NCBI GenBank assembly: GCA_046563655.1
Contig: CM102285.1
Span: forward strand, 12,648,001-12,712,000
DNA: 64,000 nt
Direction of reading: 5' to 3'
Source of the DNA: Yuukianura sp. NJ FZ-2021
Taxonomy: Eukaryota
This document shows positions 25,514 to 39,800 of this stretch, piece after piece. The notes beneath the pieces are model-generated. The model did no database searches. It saw only the letters and a program-made list of their open reading frames with translations, and was not told where the DNA came from. The position numbers were made by a program, and so were the translations under genes. Numbering within the stretch: position 1 is the first letter of the stretch; every line of letters begins with the position of its first letter.

Positions 25514-27334
25514 CTATTCCTTTGCTCTGCTCATTTTGCGCTGAATCATGTCTTTCAATTTATCATTGAGAAGGCGGTCCGTTTCTTCTCCTTCCCTTAT
25601 GATCTCCATGTGGGGCTGAGAGCATGTGGAGTACTTGGGCCCACGTCCCGCCGGTGCTATGATGTTGTACAGCTCTTCCACGGTTTTCTTTGATAGAAGT
25701 TCGGCATTTAGCATTGATTGAGGACTCAGCGGATAGTTTTCGTACGAGAAGATCCATTCGTTTGGCGTTGGAAGCTTTCTTTCGCAAATTGCCAAAATTT
25801 CTTGGCGAAGGACTTGGCAAAAATCGTCCAGAGGCTTAAATATTCAGACAGGAAAAACATTAGGACAAAAGCAAAACTGAATTTTGACGATTTCTCACAT
25901 TCAGAATTCATGATCAAAATTTTATCAAAATTTTTGTGAGTTTTACCAAGTCATTGGCGTCATAACCGAAAGGATTCTCTGTGTAGGCAACAAAAACGGA
26001 AAAATTAGAAAAGTGAATTTAGAGTTTCGACTTTTTAAATTTTCTGTTACCAATTTCCCAGCCGATGCTCAAAATTCCTAAAATCCGTGAAAGTTGAAAA
26101 GTCAAATTTCAAAATTTAGTTGAGAATTCGTTAAAGGGCAGACTTTTTTTTATAATTTAAGCAGTTAGAGTTAATCATATATTTAATAATAGTTAATAAT
26201 AATAGTTAATAATATATTTATTTGCTTTACCCAGCAAAAAGAACGAAGTGAGTCCAACTACTGGAACTGTGTACCACTTCAAATTGGAAACCAACTGAAA
26301 TGGTAAAGCCAACAAGTACATCCATGTCGAATGATGCAAACTAAACAATTTGCACACAATTGTTGAATTAGTTGTAATTAAAAGTTAACTAATTAAGAGT
26401 TAATTGAAATTTCAATTAACTTACTGAACTGAGTATGCCAAGGGGATTGGCGTGCGCAATATCCGTTCAAATCCCGTGACGCATTCCATTAGGCCAATCA
26501 CCGCTGCACGAAACACGGTTTTAGTTAACATTGCATTGCAATTCAAACAAAATTCGAAATTGGATGCTTTCAAAGACCAAAATTTTGAAAATCTGAACAT
26601 ACTTTTCGTTTTTTTTTTAATTCGTACCGATTTCCATTGATGAGACTATGTATGGTTCGGCCATATTCTTTTCATTGACAGTATTGACGTAGCTTGATAT
26701 GTAGTAGACCAGTTCAAGTGGAATGTTTGAGGGCGTGTAGTAGTCATGGGCCATGTATTTGCAATGTTGCACCTTCATCTTCCTTTGACTTTTCAGCGAA
26801 ATGTTTGAAGTAGGTGTGGAGAAGCGTCTGAGGTGATTGATTAGTGGTTTCAGATCATCAAAATCATGTGAGTACTCTTCACGTAGGTAGTGTTTAGTAG
26901 CAAACACAAAAGCAATTAGAAGATTAATCGCTGATTTCTTCTCTACGATATGGTAGCCTTCTGTCTCCTTCACTCCAATCCAAATACACCGTGTGAGCGT
27001 CCGCAAATGAAGAGTCATTTCGGACCAAAACTTTCTCCCTTCCCAGTACCTTCAAAATTTCAAAATTTCGACATTTTAACCTTCTTTTCAGAGTAAATTT
27101 AAATTTTCTATTTTTGAATTACCTATCGTAGGCCGTGTCAGTGCGAAAAACCAGGAGCAAGCCAATGACCACGCCCAAAATTGAAATCAAGGAATCCGGA
27201 ATGTCCAAAGTCACTGAAGGAATGGTCAAGTGGACATAGACTATGGCACTTGTGTACAGAACGACTATGACCAAATGCCACCAGATTTCTATGATGACTG
27301 TCCCCTTGAACCTAAGCATCAAGGGGGTCATCAT
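25514..27334 (-). CDS. Bestrophin-like anion channel of the YneE/VCCN/UPF0187 type, 7 exons (27334-27123, 27049-26628, 26503-26425, 26340-26231, 26077-26051, 25978-25947, 25834-25514)
   Basis: The spliced protein has GLLLVFRTDTAYDRYWEGRKFW, AINLLIAFVFATKHYLREE, ERILRTPIPLAYSVHL and GWEIENPFGYDANDLPLDDFC. All junctions are GT-AG and in frame. Confidence 0.92.
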
Positions 27335-30300
27335 TTTGAAAACAATTTAGAAAAACCTAATTATTGATCAAGGAAGATGTGTTTGGAACTAAAGATTTTT
27401 GAAAATTGAGAACAGAACTTATCAAGGTACATCACGCATTACGAAAATGTGAATGATTGAAACGGTTTAGGAAAAGTGCTGTGATGATATTGGTGTGATG
27501 TAGGTGTGCTGATGTGATGCAGGGTCAAACAGTCTGAGATTAAGAATTGACATGAGGCAGATGTTTCTTGACTTGATCCGATTTTAAACGTATTAGCGAC
27601 ATATAAACAAAATTGGCATTAAAAACCATGTTCTGCTCATTTCTTATTGCGAATTAAACTATTGAAGGAACTTAAAACACAATACTTTGCATACTAAAAG
27701 GTTGAAGCACTTAAGGTTGAAGATACATCAATTCAATTTCCTACTTACAAAAACATACTGTTCAGCCCTTTGTGTTAAAACACTGAAAATTTAGTATTCC
27801 TTGTTAGTTCTAAACTAAGAGCTCGAAAATTAGAGAATTCGTAAAGAGACTTTTTTGTAAAGCCACAAATTCAATTTCAAAATTTTGATTAGAGAAAATC
27901 TCTTCTGTTTGAGTCTGAAAATTTGAAAATTAAGAATTTCGAAACTTCAGAGAAACTTTGTAGAGCGCTGGAAGCGTCAAGGCCGACTGGATAACGCTAA
28001 TTACATGACATTACTTCCCTCCCACTGACTTTCACAAGTTACCAAAGAAAGTTTTCCATTGTGACCTCCTGGAACACAGTTTAGATTTTAGATTCGTTTT
28101 TCTTTCTAAAAACCGCATTGCAGCACAACGCACAAGAGAGAAAATGGAAAAGGAAACCACATGGCCCTTGCCAAAGTTCAAAATTTAAAAGCCCCATGAC
28201 CCATTCATCTACTAGTTATATGCTTCGTTTTTTGAAAAATTTCACAAAAATATTTTTGAGGTCTAGGCTAAAGAAAATAAGCAAATGAAAACCAGAAGTT
28301 ATTGCGGCACAGACTTTGGATCTCACGAGTAAAGTAAACCGGTTCAGAATTGGCAAACGAATTTCAGCATTACTGAGTTTTCCCAGCGATCCGAAAAGTT
28401 TGTTCACAAAATTTTGAAACTTTGAAAAACTTTTCTCAAGAAAACTTGAAAGTTGAATTTTCTTTTTCTCTTTGATGTTGTTAGGCATGCTATCGTCTAC
28501 TCAACTCTTGTTACATAACGAAATGTAAATACTATAAGAACCAACTCCACTTCATTTTAAAGTGAAAGTCCTGATTTTCACTTCTTTTTAGAACGAAAAA
28601 CATTCAAATCTCCACGGTAAGAAGCAATTGACGTCATCAAGGGAGAAGGTCCAGCGTTTTCTAAACAAATTCTTGAAAAATCTTCGTGATGCATAAGAAG
28701 TATTAGAGAATGAAAAGTGTAGCGTAAGTTTTAGAAATTTAAAAAAAATAAAAGAAGAGAATGTGGCATTCGCTGGCCTTCAGTTTTCTTAAATCTGCAC
28801 AGATCTGAGAAAAATGACACTCTGGAGCTCTGATTCCCAGAAAAAAAGAGCCCTTAAGGGTACCAGCACAAGTTTTACTAACTTTTCTTTCGCCTTTCTC
28901 TGTCACTCCTAAGCCCTTTCAATGATTTCCTAAAGACGCCAGCAGACCTTTCACATTCTGGACGAAGATTCATGCTTTTTTTGTTTCCCAGAAGACGTCT
29001 TTCAGTTTTACTTTCTTTCTTTCTTTAAAAACGAGGTTTTTAGAAAAGAGTTTTCATAGAAATAGTCGTTTTGTAAAAAGCGGCACTTACTTGCACAAAC
29101 AGCACTTTCTCGTCTGTAATCTTCTTTAACGTCACTTGGACTGCTAATTTCTGAAGTTTGCTGAGACGTGACAACAGTTTTTCAAAGGCTAGTACGTTGG
29201 AACTAAAAATTTTACACCGAATTGGACACTGAAATAAAATTTTGAGCGAGGAAATTTGAAGAGAAGTAAAACTATTCTGCAGGGTTTTGGCCGTTAAAAA
29301 ACCGTTTTCGGCTTAAACTACTTTTTTGAAATTGACGCAATTAAAGTTTCGGCAAAACGGAAAGGAATTGGGAGAAAGTTGGTTGAAGATGAAGAAAGGT
29401 AACGAGCCAACTGGGACTTGGTTTTTCATTTGATACGTCTGCAGTATAATAATAGTTTAGTGTCATCATTGCACTAGAAACTCAATTTTGTACAGTACGG
29501 TTCGAAAGATTTTAGAAAAAATTTTCTCCCTTACTACCTTCAAAACCAGACGCTTGAACTTTCTCCTCAAATTTTTCTTGTACTTGAAATTTTTCTCTCG
29601 ATATCTTGGAAACAGAAAACGAGAAAATCGGATCCAATTTTATGAAGAAGGCTTGGTTGACCCGAGACATAAAATGTTAAGCCATTAAATGTCAAATCGA
29701 ATCGCCTATAAGCCACTGACCACTGACCATTATGACCCAGCAGCCAGTCCACTTTTTTCTGTCTCTAACGATCCGTCACGTTTCTCCGCTTTTTCTAAGA
29801 AATGATCCACTCCAATGACCACGCCCATGACAACTCTCCACGACAAATCATTATCGAACCCACCAAAGTCTCATTTCAAGTGCTAACAAAAATCTGAAGA
29901 ACGCCAATTTCCAGCTCCATCCGCCCAACTTACTTTCTCTTCCTTTTGCTGCCCAATTTGTTCAGTTGCTATTGAAAATTTGGACTTTTGAGAAGAAAAG
30001 GCGACTGGACATGAAAAATTTATAAAGTTGGACCCAGCCCTAGCCGTTTTTGGAACATGATTGGTATGCTGCTACATGAACTTACACTTTTCCACCTCCG
30101 TTGCCAGTGAAAAGGAGGAAGACGGCAGTTCATGGTCTATGTTCAAATAAATCTCTATTTTGAAAAGGAAGTGGAAGCATACCACAGAAGAGTTAACTTT
30201 TACTGAAAAAAGGGAAAGTAACATAACTGGCCATGGGTGAACCGTTGTAGAAAAAGTGGGAGAAAGTTGGCCTTGGCCTTGTCCATTTTTTGGACCATAA

Positions 30301-33300
30301 GTTACAATTCTGGAACCAAAATTGGTCCTGCCATTTCCATATTCCGCTGTTTTGACTTTACATTTTGTTATGAACTCTACATATTTTCAGAAAACAAAAT
30401 TTTTTTTACTTTCTCTTTTTCATAAAAATCAGAGCTACGCCAGTCACCTCGCCGCATCAATGGATGAAATTTTAAAACTTTCTGATTACATCCCTCTCAG
30501 TGCTACTAGAAATGAAGTTGGAACTGTACAAAATTCTAGTGCAGAATATAAAAAAAAAAGCATGGTAGAATGCATTTTTACATGAAATTTGGTGTAACTT
30601 TTAGAGCCTTAGGGTGTGGTGTATGGTCCTCTGTTAGCAATAAATTCAACAATAGTGTTAAGTTATGCTAAGTTATAAACAGTAAAAGTAGCTATACAAT
30701 GTATATTTTAAACAACTTTGTGACGATAATTCCATTTCCCAAGGGAGTCATAGTGTAAAAAGTAAAAGACTTTATGGAAAGTAGGTAAGCAATTAAAATT
30801 TCAACTTATGATGATAACCCGTGCGAAATTCTTCCATTTTACAGCATTGCGTGTTCAAACCTTTCTCTTCAACTACTTTTTCTTATAAAAGAACTAACGT
30901 CTACTGCAGCACAACTTTTTCCCAAGGGAATTGATAGACTCTCCGCCTCCTCCGCCTCTCCATTTTCTAAAATCATGGTTCCACCTTAGTTGAAAAATAG
31001 GCTAACGTTCCTTTACTTTAAATCCAAGCCTGAAGTCTAACCTTAGGTAAAGTGAAAAATGAGAGCGAGGGGGGTTAGGCTGACGTAGGAGAGAAAATTG
31101 ACTTTCTAACTGCTTTGAGGTAGAATAATTTGGAATTTGGGGCTGAAAGCCCAGCTCCAGTTTTAGCAAAAGTTAATTTGGAGACTCCGGAGCCTGAGAT
31201 TGAATGGGTGAAAGTGGAAATAACTTTCTCTGATCTCCCATGTCCAAAGGAAAGTAATTTCAAAAGGCTTGGGGAGTTATCGGTCCAATGTCCAAAAATA
31301 ACCAAAAAACTGACATGTTTGGTGCAAAAATTAGCGAAATTCTTCAATTTTGTGAAAGTACAGTAAAAACTATAAACTCTGCTTTAGTATGCAAGTTGAC
31401 CCTTAACACAATCCATTTTGACACACATTTTTAAACAAAAAGAAAAAATTTGAGAAACTTTTTTTTTGAAAAGTCAGAACATGCTGTAAAACATTGAGTA
31501 AACAACTGTCCCGTTGTTAACCCGTGTCCAGCTTCCAAGTGATTACCCAAGGGAATTGCTAGTTTTTTGAATCCGTTGAACCCTGCTGCTATTTCGATGC
31601 ATTTTTTTTTCTGAAAAAGCGAATCCCATCATTTACCAGTTTCAAACTGTAAAAACTCGAGACTTCTCTCCCATTGAAATTCTGTTCAAGATTGTAGGAG
31701 AAAGTCCTCGTCCGTTCGTCCATTTATGGCCTTCCAGAAAAAGCCTCCCGCTGTCCTCTCCATCCCAAATACGTCCAAAACCCACCCGAACCAGCATCTT
31801 CTGTCTCCCTATTCCCTGCTCTACCATTTCCTAATAAGACTCTCCTTTCCATAGCCTAACGTAGGTTTTTCTGTCTTCTTCGTCTTCCTTAACTTTAACG
31901 TTAGGCAGTTCTGTCGTCTTCTGCACCAAAGACGGCATCTTTCACCTCTCCGCTTTCCAATTTTTGTTCCAGAAAGGATTGTGTCTTGTCGCAATGCGTA
32001 AATTGCTCAAACTGGATCACACTTTTTTCTTTGAGAGAGAGAAAGCAAGCCAAGAAAAACAATGGACAAGAACTTTTTCTAACACACATTCCCTAACTAA
32101 CATAAGGTGACCTTGACCTTGATCTGGAAAGCTCCTTGGCTAATGAAGGCACTTCGGTTATGCTCTCAATCTGTCTTGTCACGGTGGTTTTCTGGAAAAC
32201 TGTGGGGGTGGAAAGTTTGTGTTTAATCCACCGCCACACTTTCTCCATTGTAGTTTCGATTTTAATCTAAACTTTCCCTGAGGGAGTTTCTTCGTTCCAT
32301 AAGCGTAAAACAGAACCATAAAAAATGCGGGAAATTTTGATTTTGTACGAGTTTCTCTCAAGTTTCTCTCTCTTATCCTTTGTATTATTCAACACAAACT
32401 TTCTAAAAACAACGCTGTTCCGATGATCTCTGTGTTCAAGGGTCCGGAGTTGGTATGGTGTTAAGATGAGCACAAAAAGCAGACAGCTCTGGCAGAACCG
32501 CTAATGTATTTGAGTTTGTCCAGGAACAATGCAAATCTCATTAAATATTTGGCACTATGGTTTTAGTGGAGCTTTTAGGCTAACAAGCTACGTATAAGCA
32601 TCAATCTCCTCCTCCTCCAACTGACGCAACCAAGGGCTGCTCCAGCGTCTAAAAACTACGGCTGAAGAGTTGAAAAAACTTCAAGGTCGTGACCCAATTT
32701 AAACCGAGACCGCACCACAACGTGCTAAATTTCACTTCTTTGTTCTAAAACTAAACTGAATACTGTACATTACGTGCCTACACTTTTCAGTGTTTTGCCT
32801 GTTTCAAATTCTGATCAGAGAAAGCAACAATAAAAGAGAAATTGCCGAAATTTTGACATGTGCAACATAATTTAATTTGAGCAAATCATTGAAGTGAAAG
32901 CACTTTAGCTCGTTTTCATTTCATTAAATTTTGTCGTTTTCTGCCAAATTTTATTATTTCAGAGACGGAGAAAGTAATGGCAAGTGTTATATTCATTTCA
33001 ATTTTGAAATTAAATATTAAATCTGTCATTTTAAGTACCTACTTTCTCCGCCTCTCGGTTTTTGGTTTTTGGCATAAAAGAAAGCCTGAGCAATAAAAAA
33101 TTTCCAAAATGAGAAACCCATAAACGCTAAACTTTGCTTTAAACTTTTGCTGTTGTTATTGCCGTCCTTCTTTGTGCCAAAAAATAAACCGATTTTCTGC
33201 ATCCGTGAAACTTATTACTTTTCAACTTTCTCCAAAATTAGTTTTCTTGTAAGCAAAAGTTTAGCTCGTAGTTTACGCTTTTTATAAAAACAAGTTGTTT

Positions 33301-35730
33301 TTTCCGCATGTCCATGTCACTCCTCAATTCCTTTCATGTTCAGTGCTGGTTTCTTCCTCTTCAACCCAAGCTCTTGCTGAGTTGATGCCAAGGTTAAAAG
33401 CGAAAACGAATCGACTGAAAGAAAAAAGTCCATAGGTTTCATAAACTATTTTTCTCTGCTCCTGTCATTCTCCATTTCAGTACACAACGAAATGCGTTTT
33501 TCTCTCTAAATTTTTATTTATTTCAAACTGTATAGAATGTTTTCAACGTAGGGATTTGTAGTAATCGTAGCGTAAGCGTTGTACGTAACTCTAATTTAGA
33601 ATTCAACTGAGTCCACACAAACAAAGAGAAAGCAATTTCTAAGGATTAATTTTGTTCAAATACTACTACATGCGGTGGGAAGAATGAAATCAAGTCACAG
33701 GGGCGGAATTAAAGTGAAAACGTGGAGACGAAAAAACAATTGAACTCGAACACACGCATTTTTAAGCAAACAAAGACTGCTCAAAATGGGCCAATCGAAT
33801 AAATTTGCGTCACACTTTTTCTCATTATTTCGCTTTCACTTTAGCTGCTTTCACTTTCATAAAAAAAAATAATGCAATAATGCAAAAAGCAACAACAACA
33901 ACTTACAAAGCTTAAATGAGAAATCAGAAAATGTTTTTTATGTTTAGAGCATTTTAGTTTGAATTTTAGTGACTCTGCTCATGTTAAGCATAGGAAAACT
34001 AGTGAATTCATCATGAGCACGAGCATAAATAAAAACTGTGCAATCGCGTCTGTAGAAGACATCTGAAGCCTTTGTTGTTCCGTTTTGTTCGTCTTTTGTG
34101 TAATGAGCTGTTTTAAAAAGAACAAAATGTTGACTAAGAGCCAGAGGATACACGTCAGTTATAACACAGAGTCTAATGGCTACAAATAAAGTCCTTGAGT
34201 TTTTTAAAAAACATGGAATAAATCATGGGACTCAACGTCCAAATATTTGTTTTGCCTAAAGTACAAGCAGTACAAGTTCAGAAGAAGCAAAGGAGCTTTA
34301 GTTTGGTTTGAGTGTTCCAAGAATTGTGATATTTTGCGGAATCTTGAGTTACGCAGGAGAAACCCGCCTGTTCCTGTTTCTAGTCATCATCACTTCATCT
34401 CTCCGCTTTCAAAATGACTGATTTTCCCTAAGAGAGAGAAGACAGTGGAGTGATGAGAGGCAGAACACGGATGGGACCGGGACAGGCTAGGCTAGCTTAA
34501 CCTAAACATCCACCCGAGTCAGGTAAAGACTTCGCTTCATCTCTGCCTAACTTGTTTTCAAGAAATGAGGAAGAATTTGTTATTTGGTGAAGAATTTTAA
34601 GCTTCTATAAACCTACCTCCTCCGCTATTGCTTACTTTCTCTTGACTTAAGTTCTTAGTTACTAGGCTTAACGTATAGCTTAGAAAACAGATCAGGCACC
34701 GAAATTTAATAAAGTAGAAAACCTCATTTTCCATGTAATTGCGTCAACAGTTCCCGTTATAGCTTTGACTCTATTAATAAATTGAGTTGCTTAAAGGCTT
34801 TATTCGATTCGATCTCTAACAAATCTAGATTAAGAAAGCAAAAGAAGCAATAACACAACAAAAAAAAGATCTTGCAGAAGTACGGGAGCTAACATCATTC
34901 GTCACTATTTTCACTTTCACTTGCTTTCACCTAATGAGGTTCTAGCAAAACGCTTTGGAACTGACGACGCTTCTTGTCTCGTAAGTGGTAAACTCCCTTA
35001 TTGCTAAGCAACAAAATTTCATTTTTTGGATCCGTTAAGACCACCAATTTTTCAATTTCCGTTTTCGATTTCATTCGTGCCCTTTTCAAGTAAAAGGAAC
35101 AAGGAAAAGGAAGATGTTTACATGTTTGCTTAACCCAGAAATTCACATCCGAAACCTGCCTGAAACCAGGACGCGACGAAATTTCAAACTTTCCTTGCCT
35201 TTCTCTTTTTCTTCGGATTTTCCATCCTGTACAACACTTACGTTACAATTTGTTCACAAATATTATTCTTCAACTCCAGTTTTGCGTGGTTGCCGGAAAA
35301 GGGAAAGTTCTTTGCACATTTTTAGCATTTGTTTAAACAATTTTTAGTACTATCTCCTTCCGCTATTTTGCTTTGAAACACTTGGCATAATGGTTTGAAG
35401 ATGTAGAAGAGAAGATGCGTTTGTTTGAATCAAAAACTACAAATTGTGACAATTTTTTGAAAGTGGGAGGCATTAGGATGGGAATGGAAAACATTTGCAT
35501 GCTGCTGGCATACAGAGTAACGCTTGAGTTCATCCCGCGTTGGATGGCATAAAAATAAACACTGAATTTTATTTCTTCCTTTCTCAACGTCATGTTTTGT
35601 TCAAATAGAGCACGGAATTCCATTTCTAATTCACAGTTGTTAGAATTCCAGCGGGGATATCATATGGAGCTAAACTGAAGACTTTTACGTTCTGAGAAAC
35701 TTGAATTGACACAAGTAGTTCAGTTAGTTC

Positions 35731-36074
35731 AATCCGTCCATAACTCCAATCCGTCCATGGGCGTCTGTCCGTGCTTACGAATCTGTCCATCCAGAACATC
35801 ATCCGTCCATTCGTCCATTGGTGAAATGGTTCATAAGGATTCCGGAGTTGACTATTTTGCTGTAAGTTTATAAGCCAATTTTGAAAACTTAGACACAAAA
35901 ACCCCGAAATTTCTCAACTTTTAAAACTTAGGTAGCTAAAACCCTAAAAAATTTTTTGGTTTTGAAAACTTAGACTCAAAAGCCTTCAAAATATTTTCCT
36001 GTACTATGGTACGCATCAAATGTGTCAAATGACTCTTCATTCATTCCAAGTTTTTGAAAAACATAGACTCAAAA
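35731..36074. repeat. Short degenerate repeats (TCCGTCCA-like cluster, then three TTTTGAAAACTTAGAC(A/T)CAAAA-like copies)
   Basis: About 6 TC(C/T)GTCC copies at 35731-35818. Copies of ~22 nt at ~35879, ~35959 and ~36052. Confidence 0.5.
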
Positions 36075-36881
36075 TTCCCCCAAAATTGCAAATTCCAGCT
36101 CTTTTTGTGGTTGGGTTTTGTTTAGGTTATGATTTTAGGTTGAAGTGCGGCTGACGAGTGGTGAGTAGATTGAGTGAATGACGTGTGTATGTGTTCTGTA
36201 TCACTTCTGGCAGTTGTGAATTTTCAATGACGGTTTCTGCTCCTGGCCTATTTGGGAGAAAGCCTTCGTAGCCCCCTTTCTCCCTTTGCTCCACTGAACC
36301 ACCGCCTTAACCGACGCTTCAACACGGCACTCTTATTTAGAACTTTCTCTGGCCCAACCTTGTTCAGTCTCCGCTCACCTTCTGTTCTGAAAACAAGTCT
36401 CCCAGTGCACCCATATCAAAATTTCGAACATTTAACCAGTTTTTGAAATTTCTTTCAAAAAAGTTATTTTAGTGCTACAGTACATTTGGAATTCGACTCA
36501 ACGAGGAAACTCCGTAATTAGTTAAAGATTTCCGTTTCCCATTCCAGTTTGGAACCAAAAAGGCTTTAAAATTTCCTCGGTAATTTTTGAATTTTTTTTT
36601 TCCCCAAATTGGGGTTGTATTTTAAAGTAAGTCAGAATTTTCAACGTTTTCGGTAAAGGAAAAGGGAATGCTTCATTTTCAACGTGTTTCTCTTTTTGTA
36701 GCTATTGATTTTTGTCCTTTTCGCATAAAATATTTCTAGGTTTCAGGGTTTGGAATTTGATTGATGAGGAAGAGGCTCATCATCCAACTTATTTTCGTTG
36801 AATCAAGAGAAAGTCTGTGTTTCTAAAATTTTAAAGAACTTTGCACTTTTTTGATAGAAAACGGATTCGGAACTTTACGAA

Positions 36882-39800
36882 ATGGCAGCAGGAACAATGA
36901 CAACGAGTCCCTCAACGGGCTCACTTAAGGTCAACATAGATCGTGCAGCAAATTTTATGCGTCAGTTCCGTGATCCACATAGTCGTGAACTCAAGAAACT
37001 CACGGCTAACCAATTCACGGAAGTTTGGAGTCATTACGACAAAGACGGTAGGTGAACTCCCATGACCTCAAATTTCTGAAATCAAAAGACCACTATTTTC
37101 AAAATTTTGAAAATTCTGACAGGAAATGGATACATCGAAGGAACAGAGCTGGATGGATTTCTGCGTGAATTTGTATCGAGTGTCAATTCGACTGATACGA
37201 GTCCAGAAGTAAGGCGGAAATTAATTTTACGTGACCTCGTGACCTCTGGTGATCGGGGAGCTCTTAATTGACTGTACTCTACTATCTCAGGTAGTATCTG
37301 ATGCCATGCTAGTGGAATTGAGGCAATGTTTCATGGAAGCCTACGATGACAATCGAGATGGAAAGATCGATATTCGTGAAGTAAGTTTTTGTAGTGTGTC
37401 TGTCATTTGCAAGAGTGAAAGTAGTGTCAAAGTGGCTGCTATTAGTAATTCAACTGGTGGACAATATTAATACAAAGAGCACACAAAAATGACTTGGCTT
37501 TCTCTTTTCTTTCGTGTTTTGGTGGCCTACTCTCGGAGCTCTCTAGAGAATACAATTGGTTTTTGAAAAAAAAAACCATTTTCAGTAATTGCCTCCCCCT
37601 AATTCAATTTCCAACTTTGTTCTCTGCGTTCCTTGGAGAAAGTCAGTGATCTGAGTGAAGATTCATGGAAATTTGGTGGTAAAAAGTTAGACTTTCTCCG
37701 TTTTTCCTCAGTTTCTGAATACTTGTGTCATCAATTACGAAAGTTGTGTCTCTAGTGACAGAAGACAGGAAAAGAAATGGAGTGTTGGTCAAGTCTTTTA
37801 CTTTTTTGTGGCCAAAGAAACGTCTTTTGTAGAAAGTTAAACGACCATTTGAGTAAGTTTCTGAAGAGACCACAAGAGTCAAGAGACTTTGAGCAGAGAG
37901 CGTAATTGAACTAAAAATCAATATGAAATGGGAGTAGTAGGGGAGAAAGAAAGTTTTTAGGCGGGGCAGAAACATGCTTGGACGACTAAACTCCAGGGAA
38001 CCATGACATACTGAAGTTCCATACAATAGGTTTTTCCACTGGACATTTCAACCTTAGTAAATGGTCGAGAAAAATGGAGGAAGTAACTATTTTTGTTACC
38101 CTGAAGATAGATTTCGGAAGATGATTTAGTACAATGAAAGAAACTCTCTCTCTCTTGGCATCTTTTATACACTGAACTCAAGTGAAAGCTCAAGAGAAAG
38201 TCTAACAATAGCTTGATCCACTTCGGATTTTCCTCTACAACGCTCCAGGAAATCAAAATCCTCGAATTCTTCTGGTCAAAATTTTCAAAAAATTTTCTTC
38301 ATTCTAAAATGGAGACGCGCTCAATCTAAAAATCTAAAAACATTCCTTCTGTCCTCGTTTTTAATTTTAATCCGAAATCTTCTTATTGTTAAATTCTGGT
38401 CGTTTTTGTCATTTCCAAAACTTTTGAAAGGAAACTTTTATAATTACTACTCATGAAACGGGATTTTTGAAAATATAAGAGCATTAAATGTAATTATTTT
38501 GCAAGAGGACATAAATTTTTTCTTTTTAGGACTTTGGTTCACTAACGGAGCGAAGATTTCTCTCTTGTGTGTTGAAAATGAGGCTAAGGGTTAACGAAGC
38601 TCTAAGAAAGAAAATTTGACAAAAGAGAAATGAAAATTTTCGTTTGAAAAATGGAAAGCATTTTCTCTTGTTCTTTTTTTTAAACCAAAATTTGTGGACT
38701 CTTGGTTGTTACCTCTTTGTTGTCCCTCTTTGAACTGAAGAGAAAATTATGTTGAGGATGAGCGAAATGATCAATTTATTTTGTACAAGCTTTAGTTTTT
38801 GTGTGTAAACAGTGCATTTTCAGTTGAATTTTCATAGTAAAAATGACTTAATTTATATTTATCGTTTGTAGTTGGCTCAGCTGCTACCGATGGAAGAAAA
38901 CTTTCTGCTGCTCTTCCGTTTCGATAATCCATTGGAGAGCAGTGTTGAATTTATGAAGGTACGTGTTCTCTTCCCTTTGGTATTTCTTATGCTAGTCACT
39001 TCCAGCCTACTTTTAAGTTCCATTTCAGTCAACAAAATCCCTCCCATATTTCTGCTTTCTCTTTGTCCAGTTCTCTCGAAAACGTATGAGGAAGAACACG
39101 ACAAAGCTCTTTTTTGCGTTAAATTTTCCAGGAAATGGGACAGGCTCAGGTGAAAAGGAGCGAAAAATGATGGCGAAAGTTCTGGAGGAGTAAAGCTCTT
39201 TGGGAAAAAATGAGAAGCACTTTACTTTTCTGTGTGCTGAAATTATTCAAATTTTTAAAACTAAAGACAATTTGAGACTGAAACCAAAGTTTCTTCAAAA
39301 TGAGAGAGAAAAATGATAGGGAAAGTTTCTCTAACGAAAATCAGGAGAAAAAAAATCATTTTTTCAAGACTTGGATTTTCGCCCAAAATTTTCTGATTCA
39401 AATTCCAAGCTAATTTTTCTTGAAGTGTAACTTAACGTCTCATCTGATACAGCTTTATTGTGTTTTTTGTTTGAAAATGCGGAAACGAAAAGTGGAACAG
39501 GAAAATTATAATTGCTAGAAAGTAAACTCGTAGAAACTGAGAAACAAAACTTTTTTTTGTTGAAAAGTTATGTGAGAACATGTTCAAACAAGATCATTTG
39601 GAAGTGGGAGAAAGTTTTATCTTAGAAAAGCATGGCTGGCCCATCTCGTAATTTCGCGTTTCATTAAATTTTCTCTACACTATTTCCTTTTTTCTGCCCC
39701 TAAACTTTCCACTTCACAGATTTTACCACTTCCGAATTTTCCGTTTCCTCACTCATGAATTCTTCGTGGAGAAAGTTATTTCCAATTATTTCAACTTCAT

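Noticed and set aside
34909..34930. Frequent TTTCACTTTC / GAAAGTGAAA (Blimp-1/IRF-like) and TTAGG-like words across the window
   Set aside because: Scattered throughout without arrays. Probably genome-wide composition, and they cannot be assigned as sites or telomeric repeats.
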